Of a stretch of DNA of 64,000 nt, positions 25,860-39,500 are shown in pieces. The DNA is from Cenococcum geophilum (taxonomy: Eukaryota): contig CP158635.1 in assembly GCA_050273025.1 (NCBI GenBank), positions 20,212,001 to 20,276,000 of the forward strand, read 5' to 3'. A model generated the notes under the pieces. It was not told the origin of the DNA, searched no databases, and saw only the letters and a program-made list of their open reading frames with translations. The translations under genes were made by a program, and so were the position numbers. Numbering within the stretch: the first letter of the stretch is position 1; each line of letters begins with the position of its first letter.

Positions 25860-28065
25860 TGTCGGAATATATGGACAGAGGTTACGTGGTTACAATGTCT
25901 CTGATTAGTCACCCTTATGGTGACTTATCAGCCCCCTACTTAGGCACTGCGATCCTTACGATCCTTTGCTTTCAACATTAAATCAACAGAACAATTATTA
26001 TACTATCTACGAACCGTAGCTACGTGATATCCCCCTTGTGTAACCAACACTGATTAGTGGTTAACTTCACTGTTATACCATAGAACAGCAAGGTTTCTAC
26101 TAAGAAGAGACGAGCCACTGTACCAGTGCTACTCGTGCTAGAGGAAGCTGTCTTTTAAGGTTAGAACTGGTCCTAAACCTTAAATAGAACTCTTCTATAA
26201 ATCTAAGGATCTAAAGGCCAGAACTGGTCCTGAGCCTTTCTAAGATTACGGATTCTTGCGTCCATTACGTAGAATAACACGCTTTATAAGTCTTCGCGAT
26301 TTAAGGCCAGAACTGGTTTTAAGCCCTATAATCGCAAATACACGTCTAAACGCGTACTAAACGACAAACGCGTACCAAACGATAAATATATATCACGAAC
26401 GCGTACTAAACGATAACCCCTATACCAATAACACTTCCCTTCCTCTGAAAACATGGCTATTCCAAACGACTGGAGAGACTCCCTACTACTAGGGGTAGCT
26501 ACATACGCGAAACTTATTGACGAAAATTGGGACGAATTTACTATTAATATAATAACTTGTACCGCAAAATAAGTTAACAGCTTTCTCCTACACCGTATTC
26601 TATTTTACTAAAGTAGATACTACGCCGATTTATAGCTGTGGGAATATTTTAGGGAGGATTTTATAGGATGGACTGCCGATACCTGGGCACTTGGCAATAT
26701 TTATATTATTTGGGATTTTTGAGACTTCCTACAGGAGAATGGAGTGTTTGTACCTATAAATAGGGGTACTATTAGAGATAATATTTAGCAAGTCCTTGAC
26801 GCAGAAGAAGAGCACAAATGGACTCTATAAGAGATTGAGTACCAAAAGAAGTTTAACTCTTGAGGGAATCCTAATAACGGACAGCTACAAGCAACACTAT
26901 AGACAACCTTAGGCTATTAAACACCTTAAGTTCCTCAGGCTGCCGTATCTTAAACCGTGCCTCAAGCTCCGTCCGTACAAGATCCGTCCGCACAAGCTCC
27001 GTCCGCACAAGCTCCGTCCGTACAAGCTCCGTCCGTACAAGCTCCGCAACAAGCTCCGCATCAAGCTCCGCAACAAGCTCCGAAGCAACCTCCACAGCAA
27101 GAACCTCCGCAGCAACCTCTGCAGCAACCTCCGCAGCAATCTCCGCAAGAACCTCCGCAGCAACCACAGCAGCCGCAGCAATCTCCGCAGCAACCTCCGC
27201 AACAACCTCCGCAGGAACCTCCGCAGCGACCGCAGCAGCTATACATACATACACCACCTGAACCGGCCGTGACTAGTACGGAGCAAGGACCTAGGCAAGG
27301 ACCTGGATACAGCAAAGAGGTGGCCATAATTGCAGAAATCTACATAGACAATAAGTTGTTTATAGCTTGCCAGGGAGTTCCCTTATAGTCCTTAATTGTT
27401 GTATGGGAGAAGGAACACCCCAGTTAAGAAGTGTATACTACCTTCTTTACGGATCGCCGCTACCATAATTAAGATTAAGGCCGAAACTACGACTAAAACT
27501 ACTACCGAAACTTTAGCCGTAATCGAGCACCTTGCGGACGATATAGTAAAGGGGTAGGTTGAATAAACGAACTTGTCATGGAACCACCTGACGCTCGCAC
27601 CGTACTGCTACCTAAATGACAACTATTGCGCCGATATGCCTGCGATCTACCGACCGAATGATTGTGCCTATACGCCTACGATTAACCGACCGACTGATAG
27701 ACAAGCTCTATGCTTGACTACTATTACCACCGCTGCTGGTACTGTACTACTACCCGAACAGACTATTGCTGCTTTTACCGCCAGCTAAACCGATACCTTG
27801 CTGCCTTGCTGCCTTGCTGCCTCGCTGCCTTGCTACCTTCCTATAGCGCCATAAGTATAAAGAAAGAACTGCCAGTGTCGGAATATATGGACAGAGGTTA
27901 CGTGGTTATAATGTCTCTGATTAGTCACCCTTATGGTGACTCATCAGCCCCCTACTTAGGCACTGCGATCCTTACGATCCTTTGCTTTTAACATTAAATC
28001 AACAGAACAATTATCATACTATCTACGAACCGTAGCTACGTGATATCCCCCTTGTGTAACCAACA
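25860..28065 (+). mobile_element. 2.2 kb non-autonomous Copia (GalEa-like) derivative with partial gag only
   Basis: 190 bp LTRs at 25860-26049 and 27876-28065; TSD actat. ctgattagtgg follows LTR1 and PPT aaagaaagaactgccag precedes LTR2. The ORF from 26453 (MAIPNDW...LWEYFREDF...DFLQENGVFVP) is homologous to the Copia gag N-terminus. No pol. Confidence 0.92.
26960..27240 (+). repeat. Coding minisatellite: 15 bp (QAPSV) then 12 bp (QPPQ) units
   Basis: caagctccgtccg(t/c)a x5 followed by ~15 caa/gaa-cct-ccg-cag units; ORF 26957-27388. Confidence 0.95.
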
Positions 28066-30785
28066 ACTATATAGTTACTTTAACTACCTCTATAATCTCT
28101 AATAAAGTAACTTTTTTTTATATTTTTTTATAGTTTATAAAAGCCCTATTTTTAAACTATTAGTCTTATTATAGAGTCCGCCTAAACGTCTTCTACTATT
28201 AAAATCCCCAGTTTAGCTTCTACTCCTTAGACCTTTAATAAATTAATTCTTATCCTCTAGGTTTCTATAGTTTTTTATTTTATTATCTTAACTCTTTAAT
28301 AGTACTTAGGTCTATTAGCTTTACGCTATACTATAGTTTAGATACCTATTACTATATCTTTCTTATATATATTAGCTCCTACTATATCCTACTAGATTTA
28401 TCACTCTAGTATAGCCGGTTATCTACTTTAATAGCCTATTTAATTAACCCTCTTATATCGCTTATATCGCCTATTAGTATTATAGTAGCCTTGACTCTAA
28501 CCTTTAGTCCTTTTCTATACTATGCTATTAACGTCCCTTAGTTTTATTTAGTCTACGCTACTAGCGTCTAGAACTGTATTATATAGTTTATTACTAATCC
28601 TGTTTGCGTAAGTTAATATAGCTTCCCTTTAGCTATTACTATTAATTATAGATCTCTAAATATTTATATAAGTTTATTAATAAATCCTTCCTAGTTTAGG
28701 AATATATACTATGCTTTCAAACTACTTTAATACCTAACCCGTTAAGAATAGCCCTATATACGCCACTTAATTACTTATATTTATAAGCTTACTTCCTTTA
28801 TACCAAATCTTAAATCATATTTATATAAGGAATCCTTTAAGCTTATACTTTTCTCCTATAAACCTCTTCATTAATAGCATCTTAATTATTTCCTTTTTTT
28901 ATTTCTTATAGTTATTAAAGCCGTACTTAATTATTAGCATCGTTCTACTCTATAATACTTTTAAGTTAATTTATTATAACTACTTATAAGTTGTTATCTC
29001 TTATACTAGTATCTTCTCCCAAATTCTAAAGTAGTTACTGCCGTTAATAGTATTATAACTAGTGCTTTAGGTGGCATATTATTCGGCCTTTATTACTACT
29101 ATAACCGTAGTAGTGAATATATAATAAAGCCTTATACGAAATACTAAGTAGTCTTATTAATAGGCTAGGTATATAAGTAAATAGGAAAGTTGATAATGTA
29201 AATATAACTAGTAAAGTAGGTTACCTAATAGATTAACTCTAATTATATTCTAAGATTTACTATAGAGAAGAGAACTATCTAGGTAGGAGCTATAGTCCTT
29301 TAAATATATAATACTGCGCCTAAAAAAGTACTAGGTACGCCAGTATATTAGTATGTTAGTATACCCTAAGTTCCTATATTTCTACGTTTCTATATTTTAA
29401 ACTTATAATATAACTAGCTATATAACTTAGTTACCTTTTATCCTATAGCTTAATTAGTTCTAGTGCCCCCTGTACTATCTTAACTAACCTATTTATATCT
29501 TTTCTTAGTAGCCGTACTACTGCCGATATAAGGTCCATAATATTAGGTTAACTCTTAGCTTATTTTTATTCTTAAGTTTAAACCTTTACTTAACTAATCT
29601 GGCTATTAGCCTATTATTAGTAAGTACTAAGATTTATTGCTCTCTTTTTTAGTCCTTTAATCGTCCTTCTAAATCTTTTAATATTATAATTAATGCTCCT
29701 CTAATATAACTTATATATTATTCTAATATTATTTAGTTTATAATAACTTATTAATTTAGCTATATATAGAAATCTTCCTACTTATTATTATACTACTATC
29801 TATACTACTTTTAATGTAGCTCTATAAGTATATATAATCTATTTATAAGGAAGTATCTTTTTATTACTATATTATTATAACCTTTTATATATTGTTTTTT
29901 AAACCTAGTAAAGATTTTAAAATCCTCTTCTTATTTGATTTCTTGTAACCACTTTGCCCTTAATATACCTATTTTAAACCTATAAATAATTCTTCTAATA
30001 GGTACTCTATACCTTAATTAACCTAAAATTCTTAGCTTATAGTTCTAGTTCTGTTCTTACTATACGTAAATTCTTTCTCTAAACTCCTTCTAGCTTTCTT
30101 TTAGTCTATGCCTAACTAATACGTCTTTAAAGTCTTCTTACTTCTTAATTATAGTATTAACCTTTTAACTTTTAAGTTAAACCTCTTATTTACCTATTAC
30201 TTTCTAATACTCTATATATGGAGCTTTATCCCTATCCTACTAGTCTAGCTTAGATTCTTAGGTCTCTAGAAATCTATATTCCATACTTATTCATTTACCT
30301 TTAAACTAAGCGGTTACTCTTTTCTATTAGTTTTTGTCCATTATAGGTCTTTAAGCTTCTCTTATCTCTTCTTAAGAATCTTAAGTCTTTAGTCTTTTGC
30401 CTTTATTAAGTGCTAAAATAGCTTGCTATTCTACTTCTCTTACGTCTTAGAAAGTAGTAGATATTATATTTAATAGTCTTAATCCCTATTACTAAGCCCT
30501 ATTTTATAACGTGTTTTACTAGTTAGTAGGACACCCTAGTCAGTGGGACACCCTAAAAACCACCAAAAACCAGAAAATTAGTGCCTTAATCTCTTAACAA
30601 TAGCTTAATAATAAATTCTAAAATTTTATAGTTGGCTTTTTATACCTACTTTAAGACTCTTATTTAACTTTAAAGGTAATTTATTAAGTACTTTTAGAGA
30701 TATAGGAATTTAGCTTAAAATTGGGGGCTAAAACTTAATATCTTAATAACGGCTATTAACGGCTAGGTTTATTACCCTAAAACTT

Positions 30786-32938
30786 AAAAAAAAAAAAAAA
30801 AGCTTCACCACACATGCAAACTTACCGAAAGGTGGCGCCGCACTTCAAAACTTACGCATACCCATCTTACCATTAAAAACAATCGATTTCCTAACTTTCA
30901 AGACCTAATTCTCACTGCCTAGCGAGCTAGAGGTGGATTTATTTGTCATTTTACCCCCCTTCCCCTAGCAGAAAATTCTTCTTAGGGGTGGTCCTAGCTT
31001 ATAAGCGAGGCACGGACAGGAACACCAAAACTATAACTACTACTATGAATACTAATAGGGGCTAGTCTTTCTACTACCTTTTAGCCTAATCTCCCCAGAA
31101 ATCTTCTAGTAGGATTAGTAAGGAGAAAGGGTATAAAGATAGTAAAAACTAGAAGCCCCCCTATAAGATATAAAATGCCAAGGCCTAATAGGTCTAAAAA
31201 AAAACCTCCTATAGAAATAAGTGATGAAGATTCTATATCTACTTTTTCTCCCCCTTTTCCTTCTCCTGGCCCGTTTAGGACAGGAGAAAAAAGAGGACAT
31301 CCTTAGTCTTCTCCTGAAAAAGAAAACCAAAAACCTGCAAAAAAGATAATAAAACTAACGACTACTACAGATAGTATGCACAATATACCTCTCTCTTCCC
31401 TTTCTCCGGAGAAACATCTATGCAAGGCTTTAAGAAGCCTAATCTAGGCCTATAGAGGGCTAGAAGGAGAAGAGTAAGAAGAACAAGTTGGATAGCTAGT
31501 AGACTATACACAAAATATCCTAATAGGAAAAAACCCCTTTACAAAAGAAGAAGAAGAAGAAGAGGCAAAAGAGGTCCTAGAAGGACTAGTAGAAGAAGTA
31601 AGAGCTCTCTGTAAGGAGGTAGCTTCTACCAAAAATACTTACGCAGAGAGACTGAAGAAGGACCTCCCTTCTTCCTCGTCCTCCCTACCCTCCTTATTAT
31701 TACCACCACTACCTTCTACCCCTTCTCCTTCTAGTAGGGGTTCTACTTCTACTAGAAGTAAGAAAAAGCAGCTATAAGAAAGGAAGCTAGTCCTAATTAT
31801 AAACGAAAAGGACCAACCTCTAGATACCTTCTCTATACGAAATAAAGTCAATTAACTATTTGCATTAAAACTGCAAGTAAAAAAGCCAGTTCTAGCATCT
31901 ATAGCTAGAACTAAAGGAAAATAAAATATTCTCCTTACGACTATAGAAGAGTATAATACAGATTTCCTAGTCAAATATAAGGAGATCTGGTAAAACTGCT
32001 TTACCTTTTAAAGAGAACAAAAACTAGAACCATGGGTTTAAATTATAGCCTATGGGGTTCCTACCCTACCGTTCTTAGGAGAAGGAGGCTCTAAGCTTCT
32101 AAAAGAGGAAATTGAGACTTTTAATCCTATAAGGATATAAGGACTACCTAGATGGATCTTATCTAGCGTAAAAAGACACGATCCATAGACCAGATTTGGC
32201 TCTATAGTTTTTACTATAGAGAACGAAGAAAAAAGACAAGAAATCCTTAAGTAAAAAGAGATATCAATTGCAGGTACAGCTACTAAGGTAGTAAAATACC
32301 TCGAAGTCTCTCCTACTACGCAGTGTAATAGCTGCCAAAAATTTGGCCATATAGGAGATAGATGCTCTACTAGGGCCTGTAGATATTGTGCGGCTGCACA
32401 TCTATCTAAAGACCACTGCTGTCCTACTTGCTTAATAAGCGGCAGGCCTTGCAAGCATACCACCCCTCTTTGCATTAATTGTAAAGAAAAACACTTTGCT
32501 AATAGTAGAGACTGCGAGAATCTTAGAGCAGCTAAACTAGTACATAGTACTAGCGTAGAAGACTCTATGGAAGAATAAAATTAATAGGAGTCTAGAAGGA
32601 GGTAGCTCCTACTAGGCTCTTAGGTTAAAAGACAGTAGAGAGCAAAAGGACAGAAATAAATTGCAAAAGGACAGGGATAGGGGTTAGGATTTCTTATAGT
32701 TTTTCTTACCATTTTCTCATTCCCTAGTAGTTGTAGTATCTTAGTATTTTTACTAGGAAACTATAAACTCCTAATTTAGGGGTTTATAAACTACTAGGAC
32801 ATAGCTACTAGTATATATTAAGCTGCCTAAGAAAAGGATTTATATATATAGAACTATAGCGCCATAGCCAAAAGGCTGCATGCGCAGTATTGTACGTAGT
32901 ATAATACAACGGATAAAAAAATAAAAATAAAAATAAAA
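30786..32938 (+). mobile_element. Non-autonomous LINE derivative encoding ORF1 only
   Basis: 12 bp TSD accctaaaactt (30774-30785 and 32939-32950); 5' A-run; 3' (TAAAAA)n tail; a single gag-like ORF. Confidence 0.85.
31175..32578 (+). pseudogene. LINE (Tad-like) ORF1 nucleic-acid-binding protein with CCHC knuckles
   Basis: ATG and TAA are in frame (468 codons) with RIP stops. C-terminus QCNSCQKFGHIGDRC.TRACRYCAAAH...CINCKEKHFANSRDC. Confidence 0.85.
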
Positions 32939-33538
32939 ACCCTAAAACTTTAATAAGAGTCTTAAAGTAGGTATAAAAGGCCAATTATAAAATTTTAGAA
33001 TTTATTATTAAGCTATTGTTAAGATATTAAGGTACAGATTTTCTAATTTTTGGTGGTTTTTAAGGTGTCCTGTTACGGACGCTTTAAGTATAATGTTATA
33101 ACTACTTGGAGAAGAGACGGAAGAAGCTAGTTGGTTAATTTAGGCACGGTTTAGGATGGAGCCGATAGAACTATATAACGAGGAATAGTAACCGAGGTCA
33201 CATAATGTGCTATATATTAAACGAGAGGAACGGGAGGAGCTTACGTACCTTATGTATAAGACGTACATTACGTATAAGAAGGATTTCATAGGAGTACGGT
33301 TGTGTATTTAAGGACCCTTAATCCCTACCTAGATAGTTTCTTCCTTGTAGTAATTCTTAGAATATAATTAGAGTTAATCTATTAGGCAACTACTCCACCA
33401 GTTATTATTCGTTGTTAACTTTTATACTTGCATTTCCTACACACCTAGCCTAATAATGAGCCTACCGTAGTTCCTGCTATAAGGTTCCGTTATATAATCA
33501 CTACCTAGTTATAGTATTAATATAAGAAGTTAAATAAC

Positions 33539-36526
33539 ATGCCACTAAAAACAGCCACCATAACACCATTAACGGTAGCAACTATATTAAGGTTAGGTAA
33601 TGACACTAGTATAGCAGATACTGACTTATAGCAACCTATAACGGTTGGACAGCTATAAAAGATAGTTGACTAGTTAATAGAAAATAATGTAATGTTAGAA
33701 AATAGGATTAATGGGATAGGCGTAGTAAAGGTTAAGTTACTATTAATTAAAAGGTACTTAGGAGAGAGATTAAAGCTTAAAGAATTCCTTATGTAAATGT
33801 ACTTTAAGGTAGTACAGGAAGGAGTAAAGCTAGCAACACCTATAGATTAAATAGCCTATGCAGGACTATTCTTAATAGGAAGGGCACTTAAATAGTTTAA
33901 GCCTTACCTTATAGAGATACAAGTGAACGGTATAATAACTACGAACTAAGAGATACGGTTTATATTCTTAAGCTAGAATGGATTTGTAGAGTAACTTATA
34001 TAAATATTTGGAGACCTAGAGGTAACAACCATGGCAAAAAGGAAACTCTAAGACATTATATAACGAACTTTAGCAATTAAGTATATAACGCAGTTCCAGA
34101 CGTTAGTAATATAAGTTAAGTAGAATAATAGGGCGCTTATAGCATAGTATAAATAAGGACTTAAGGCTAAAGTCTAGGACGTAATTATCCTAATAGAAGA
34201 TGCGGATACCCTAAGGGAACTAATAGATTAGGTAATTAAGATTAACAATTGGATTTACTAAAGGGAACAGGCTAAGAGAGGCTAGGATAGAGTTCTATAG
34301 TTATATAAGGCGCAGAGTACGCAACGATAAAAGCTAAGTTAGAAACTATAGTATGGCGTAGAGCTAATAGACCTAAGTAGTACTAAAGAAGCCTATAAGA
34401 GATAGAGTAAGAAACCGTAGAAACCCAAAGGATAAGGATTAAGTAATTAAAGGTCTAAGGAGCAGAGGCCAAATTAGGGATCTTAGTAGTAGAAGATATT
34501 TAGGCGGACTCTATAGCAAGAAAAATAGTTTAAAGAAAGAGCTTGTATAAATTACGGAAAATAGGGTTATTATATTAGAGACTATAGAAGTAGGCAGAGT
34601 CACTATATAGTAAAAGGTATAAGACTAGTAGACGATATATACGTATAGAGGGACAATAATATGCTACAAGGAACAAAAGAATATTTAATTAGAAGTTTTG
34701 CGTTTTATTACAATAACGCATGCCGAATTTATAAGGACGCTAAGTATAGCGCAAGCTATTAGCTATAAAAGCTAGCACCTATAGGATATAAAGGAACTAA
34801 CGAACTAGCTCGCAAATCGGATATTAAGGACAATAATTTTAACGTAGGTGAAGTATTTTATAACAATAAGGCAATGAGAGCGGCTTACTAGGAGCACGTA
34901 GACCTTAGAGATATTATACTAGAAGTAGAGGATAATTCTACTATAGAATAGGGAACATTAGTAGGGATTGAGACCCCGCTAGATATGATGTCTATCGCTT
35001 CGCGAGATGTAAGAGAAGTAGGATAGTAAACTACTTCGGCACTCGATAAAGGCAAAAGGCCAAAGGCTTAAGATTCTTAAGACGAGATAAGAGATAACCA
35101 AGATTCTTAAGACGAGATAAGATAAGCTTAAGGACCTATAACGGACGATAACCAATGGAGCAGAGCAATAGCTCAGTTTAGTGATATACGAATGAGCTTA
35201 GGATGAAGTTTCCTTAAGGCATAAGATTCTTAAGACGAGATAAGTGAGATTTAAAACTTTTAAGATAAGATAAGAATACTAAGTAAGCCTAGTTAGACTA
35301 AGGCTGGAGTAAAGCTTAAGACAGAAGTAAGCTTAGGATTAAAGAATTTAAGGGGTTAAGAATTTGGGGTATGAATTAAGGCACCTATAAGTAAGAGGCA
35401 AGGAGCTTTTTTATAGATTAGAGAATCTGCAGCGCAAACAGTAACTAGACTAGGAGACAGATATATAGACCTAGAAGACTTACTAGTAGAATATATTGTT
35501 CGGACTAAAGATCGAAAAGTTAATACTAAGATTAAGAAGTATGAAAACTTTAAGGATTTAAGCGCAAGACGCAAACTAAAAGAAACCATAGAAGAGTTTA
35601 GGCAAAGAATTATTGTATAGCAGGAACAGAAACTAGATAAGAGATCTAGTATATTGGGATATATAAAGGACAGAGCACTAGTATAAAGAATTACTAATAG
35701 GCCTAGGGCAGGTATACTAAGAGCTAAGTAGCTTATTAAACTAGAAGATAAAGAGGATCTAGGAATCCTAACTAGGTTTAAAGAATAATATATAAAGGGC
35801 TATTACAATGCAGTAATAAGAAGATACTTCCTTACGGATAAGCCGTATATACTCTAGCAGCTATACTAAAAGTGGTATAGGCAAAGGCATAATAATAAGT
35901 GGGAAGATTTCTATATATAGTTGGATAAACGAGTTATCTAGGACCACCTAATTATAGAGAAGGCTATAACGCATATTAAAGGAGCCTTAATAATAATATT
36001 AAAGGATTTAAAGGAATAATTAGAGGACTGGAAAAGCAAGAAACGTATCTTAGTATCTGCGAATAAAGTCGCAACGTTTAAATTAGCATAATAAAGGTTT
36101 AAACTTAAAAATAAAGATAAGTTAAGAGTTGACCTAAAGCACCTAGCATACTACACGTTATTATAGATTGCGTATATAGACGATATATGCGAGATGCATA
36201 AGAATCTGAAGGAAAAGAATCGGAAATACCTTATAAGGATATACTGGATAACAGACGAGCGATAGTATAGGAATGCCAAATATATACATAGATGGCATCC
36301 AGCAGAAGTTTAAAAAGAAGGAAGTTTAGTACTTTAACTAGGAAGATTCCTTATAGAAGAATGCTTAGATGGATAATAGTGGTAGGAATGCCTAGAGAAT
36401 ACGTGTCTATAGTATATTAAAGACAAGAAATGAACTAGGTATTAGCTAAAGAGTAAGCTAAGTATATAAGGATTAAGCAGCTAATAGTTAGGAAAAGTAG
36501 AGGCCTATAGGACCAGAGGGAGCTAG
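33539..36526 (+). pseudogene. Gypsy gag (long, ~995 codons)
   Basis: ATG at 33539; retrotransposon gag core; knuckle C.N(C)GK(Q)G(H)Y.RD(C) ~34545; same frame maintained to TAG at 36524-36526. Confidence 0.75.
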
Positions 36527-39500
36527 TAGTAGAGCCTTAGACCCTTAAAGGAATTTAAGGACAATACCTAAATTTAAGAGTTAATTGGTAAGATTAGCAG
36601 TTCGAAGCGCTAATAGATAGTAGAGTAATAAAAAACCACATTTCGCTAGTAATAGTTAAGAGAATAGGACTACCTTATAGATAGAAGGAGCAACCTTACC
36701 TATTAGTTATAATTTTAGGAGATCTAATAGCCTACGGAGGAGGGATTATTAATCTTAAAACAGGACCTATTTAGATAACTATTAAAGGAAGACGAATTAA
36801 GATATCTTTTAATATCCTACTATTAGGATGGGATAAGGCAGTATTAGGAATGCCTTAGTTATAGGCATATAATTTAAAGATTAATTAGATTACAGGTTAA
36901 GTCGATATTAGAGATACTTAACGCCGTAAGATATAATAATAAGCTAAGTTAGTATAGTACTAAGTCGGAGCGATATATAAAGAAACTAAGCGAGGCTTAA
37001 GTTACGTACTAAAAAGATACTATAAGTATAGTAAGAAACTATAGTTACCAGAAAGTAAAAAGCTGTTAGAGTATACAGTATAGGACTATAAGATAGAATT
37101 AGAACTAGGAATAAGTCTAAGGTTCTTTCTAATCTATAAGCTTACTAAAGAGGAAGGTAGAGCATTAAAAGAGTTTGTCTAAGAAAACTTATAAAAGGGA
37201 TATATTAGACCATTACAGTTATTAGTAGGATATCCAGTACTATTCGTACTAAAGAAGAATAGTAAACTAAGGCTGTATATTAACTATAGACAGTTAAACA
37301 GCATTACTAGAAAGGATAGGTATCCTTTACCCTTAATTAGCAAAATCTAAAACAGGATAGGTAACGCGTAAATCTTTATAAAGATAGATCTAAGATAGGC
37401 GTACCATTAAATTAGAATCAAGGAAGGCGACGAATAGAAGGTAGCTTTTAGGTTAAAGGAAGGACTATATAAACCATTAGTTATACAATTCGGGCTTATA
37501 AACGCACTAGCAACGTTTTAGAAGCGTATTAATAATATATTAGGAAAATACTTAGATGAATTTGTTATAGTATACCTTAATAATATTATTATCTACTTAA
37601 TAACTGAGGAAGAACACGGGGAACACGTTAAATGGGTCTTAAAGAGACTATAAGAAGAACAGATGCCAGTAGTAATTAAGAAATACAAGTTCTTCACTAG
37701 GAAGACTAATTTTGTTAGATTTATTATTAAACTAGGCTAACTTAGTATAGATCTAAAGAAGATCGAGGCTATAGTGAATTAGTAAGAACTAGAGAACGTT
37801 ACGCAATTAAGATTGTTTTTAGGGTTTTGCAATTACTGCAGAAGGTTTATAGCGCAGTAGTTAAAAGATATTAAGCTATTTACGCGATTAATAAAGAAAG
37901 AAGAACTATAGGTATAGGGAGAAGAATAAAGAGAACTCTTTAAGAAAGTTAAGGAGTTATTTACCTAGGAGCCAGTTCTTAAGATCTATTAACTAGAACT
38001 AGAGACGGTTATAAAGACGGATGCATTAGACTATATACTAGGGGCATACTTTATATAGAAATATTAGGATGGATAGCACCTAGTAGTATACTACAGTCGG
38101 AAGATAACACTATTAGAGTTAAACTATAACATCTATAATAAGGAATTATTAGGTATAGTTACAGCACTAAAAAAATAGAGAGCATTCTTATAAGGCATAG
38201 AAAAACTATTTATAGTTAAGATAGATTATAAGAACTTAATGGGATTCCTAACGATAAAGGAACTTAACTAAAGGTAGGTTAGATGGGTAGAGATACTTAC
38301 AGAATACCATTTTAAGATTTAGTATACTAAGGGTACAGATAATACAAGAGTAGATACTCTAAGCTATAAAGCTGAACTATAGAATAATAAAAAGCTATTA
38401 GGGGCTTTACTATAAAAAGATATAGACGGATTAATTAGGTACAATTATCTAAAAATTATAGTAACTTAGAAAAATAATAAGTTAGAAAGAGTCTACGAGA
38501 TACTAAAAAGCTTTTAGGTATAAAGGATTCTAGAAGTATAGCTAGAAGATCTACAGACGGATATATACGAAAATTAAGAAGTAAAGTATATCCTAAGAAG
38601 TATAGTAGAGTAGTTTATAGAAGACTTCTATAAGGGACTAACTTAAGGACACAATGGAGCTATAGGCTTAGTGTTAAGACTCTAGAAGGAGTATATTATT
38701 GACGGAATCTAAAGGATAGCTAGAAAGGTCACTAAAGAATGTCTAGATTGTTAAAGGAATAAACTAATAAGGTATAAGCTATATAGAGGGCTACAACCTA
38801 TTAAAATACCAGAGAGACTATAGGAGGTTATATTATGGGACTTTATTATTAAGTTACTAAAGTTAAGAGATCCTATTACCAGATAAGATTATAACGTAAT
38901 TTTAGTAATAGTAGACAAGCTTATAAAGTGGGGATACTTTATAGCATATACAGAAGAAATCTTAGCGGAAGATATCGCTAGAATCTATATTAAAGAAGTA
39001 TTTATAAGATATAGAGCACTAAGTAAAATTATATCGGATAGAGATCTAAGATTCGTAGCAGTATTCTGGGAGGTATTTTTAGTAGAGTAAGGAGTTTAAG
39101 TAGCAACTTCTACTGTATATTATCTATAGATAGACGGTTAAACGGAAAGATTAAATTAGACGCTAGAATAGTATCTAAGATATTATATTAATTACGCACA
39201 GAATAATTGGGTATCGCTATTACTAGTTATATAGTTTGCATATAATATAACACCTTAAGAAGGAATAGGCACATTACTATTTAAGGCAAATTATAGATAT
39301 AAGCTAAGAATATTATTATTACTATAATAAGCGAAGAAAACGAGTAGCATAGCTAAAGAAAGAATAAAGATGTTAATAAATCTTTATATAAACCTTATGG
39401 AATTAATAAAGAAGGTATAAGAAAGAATAAAAAAGTACTATAACGCTAAGAGATCTAAGGGACTAGATCTTAAGAAGGGAGATAAAGTATAGCTACTATA

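Larger units (their letters stand above)
14381..29542 (-). mobile_element. Gypsy/chromovirus copy 1 (5' LTR, gag, pol to chromodomain; 3' LTR missing) with nested insertions
   Basis: Colinear in reverse with 33071-39906. 5' LTR 29120-29542, gag ATG ~29077, protease LIDSGA ~23780, RT/RH/IN 14650-23400, chromodomain ~14480-14640. Confidence 0.9.

Noticed and set aside
26871..27327. Minus-strand ORFs rich in AAEV, LLRR or Cys/Gly (metallothionein-like)
   Set aside because: Shadow frames of the Gln/Pro minisatellite in the + strand gag remnant.
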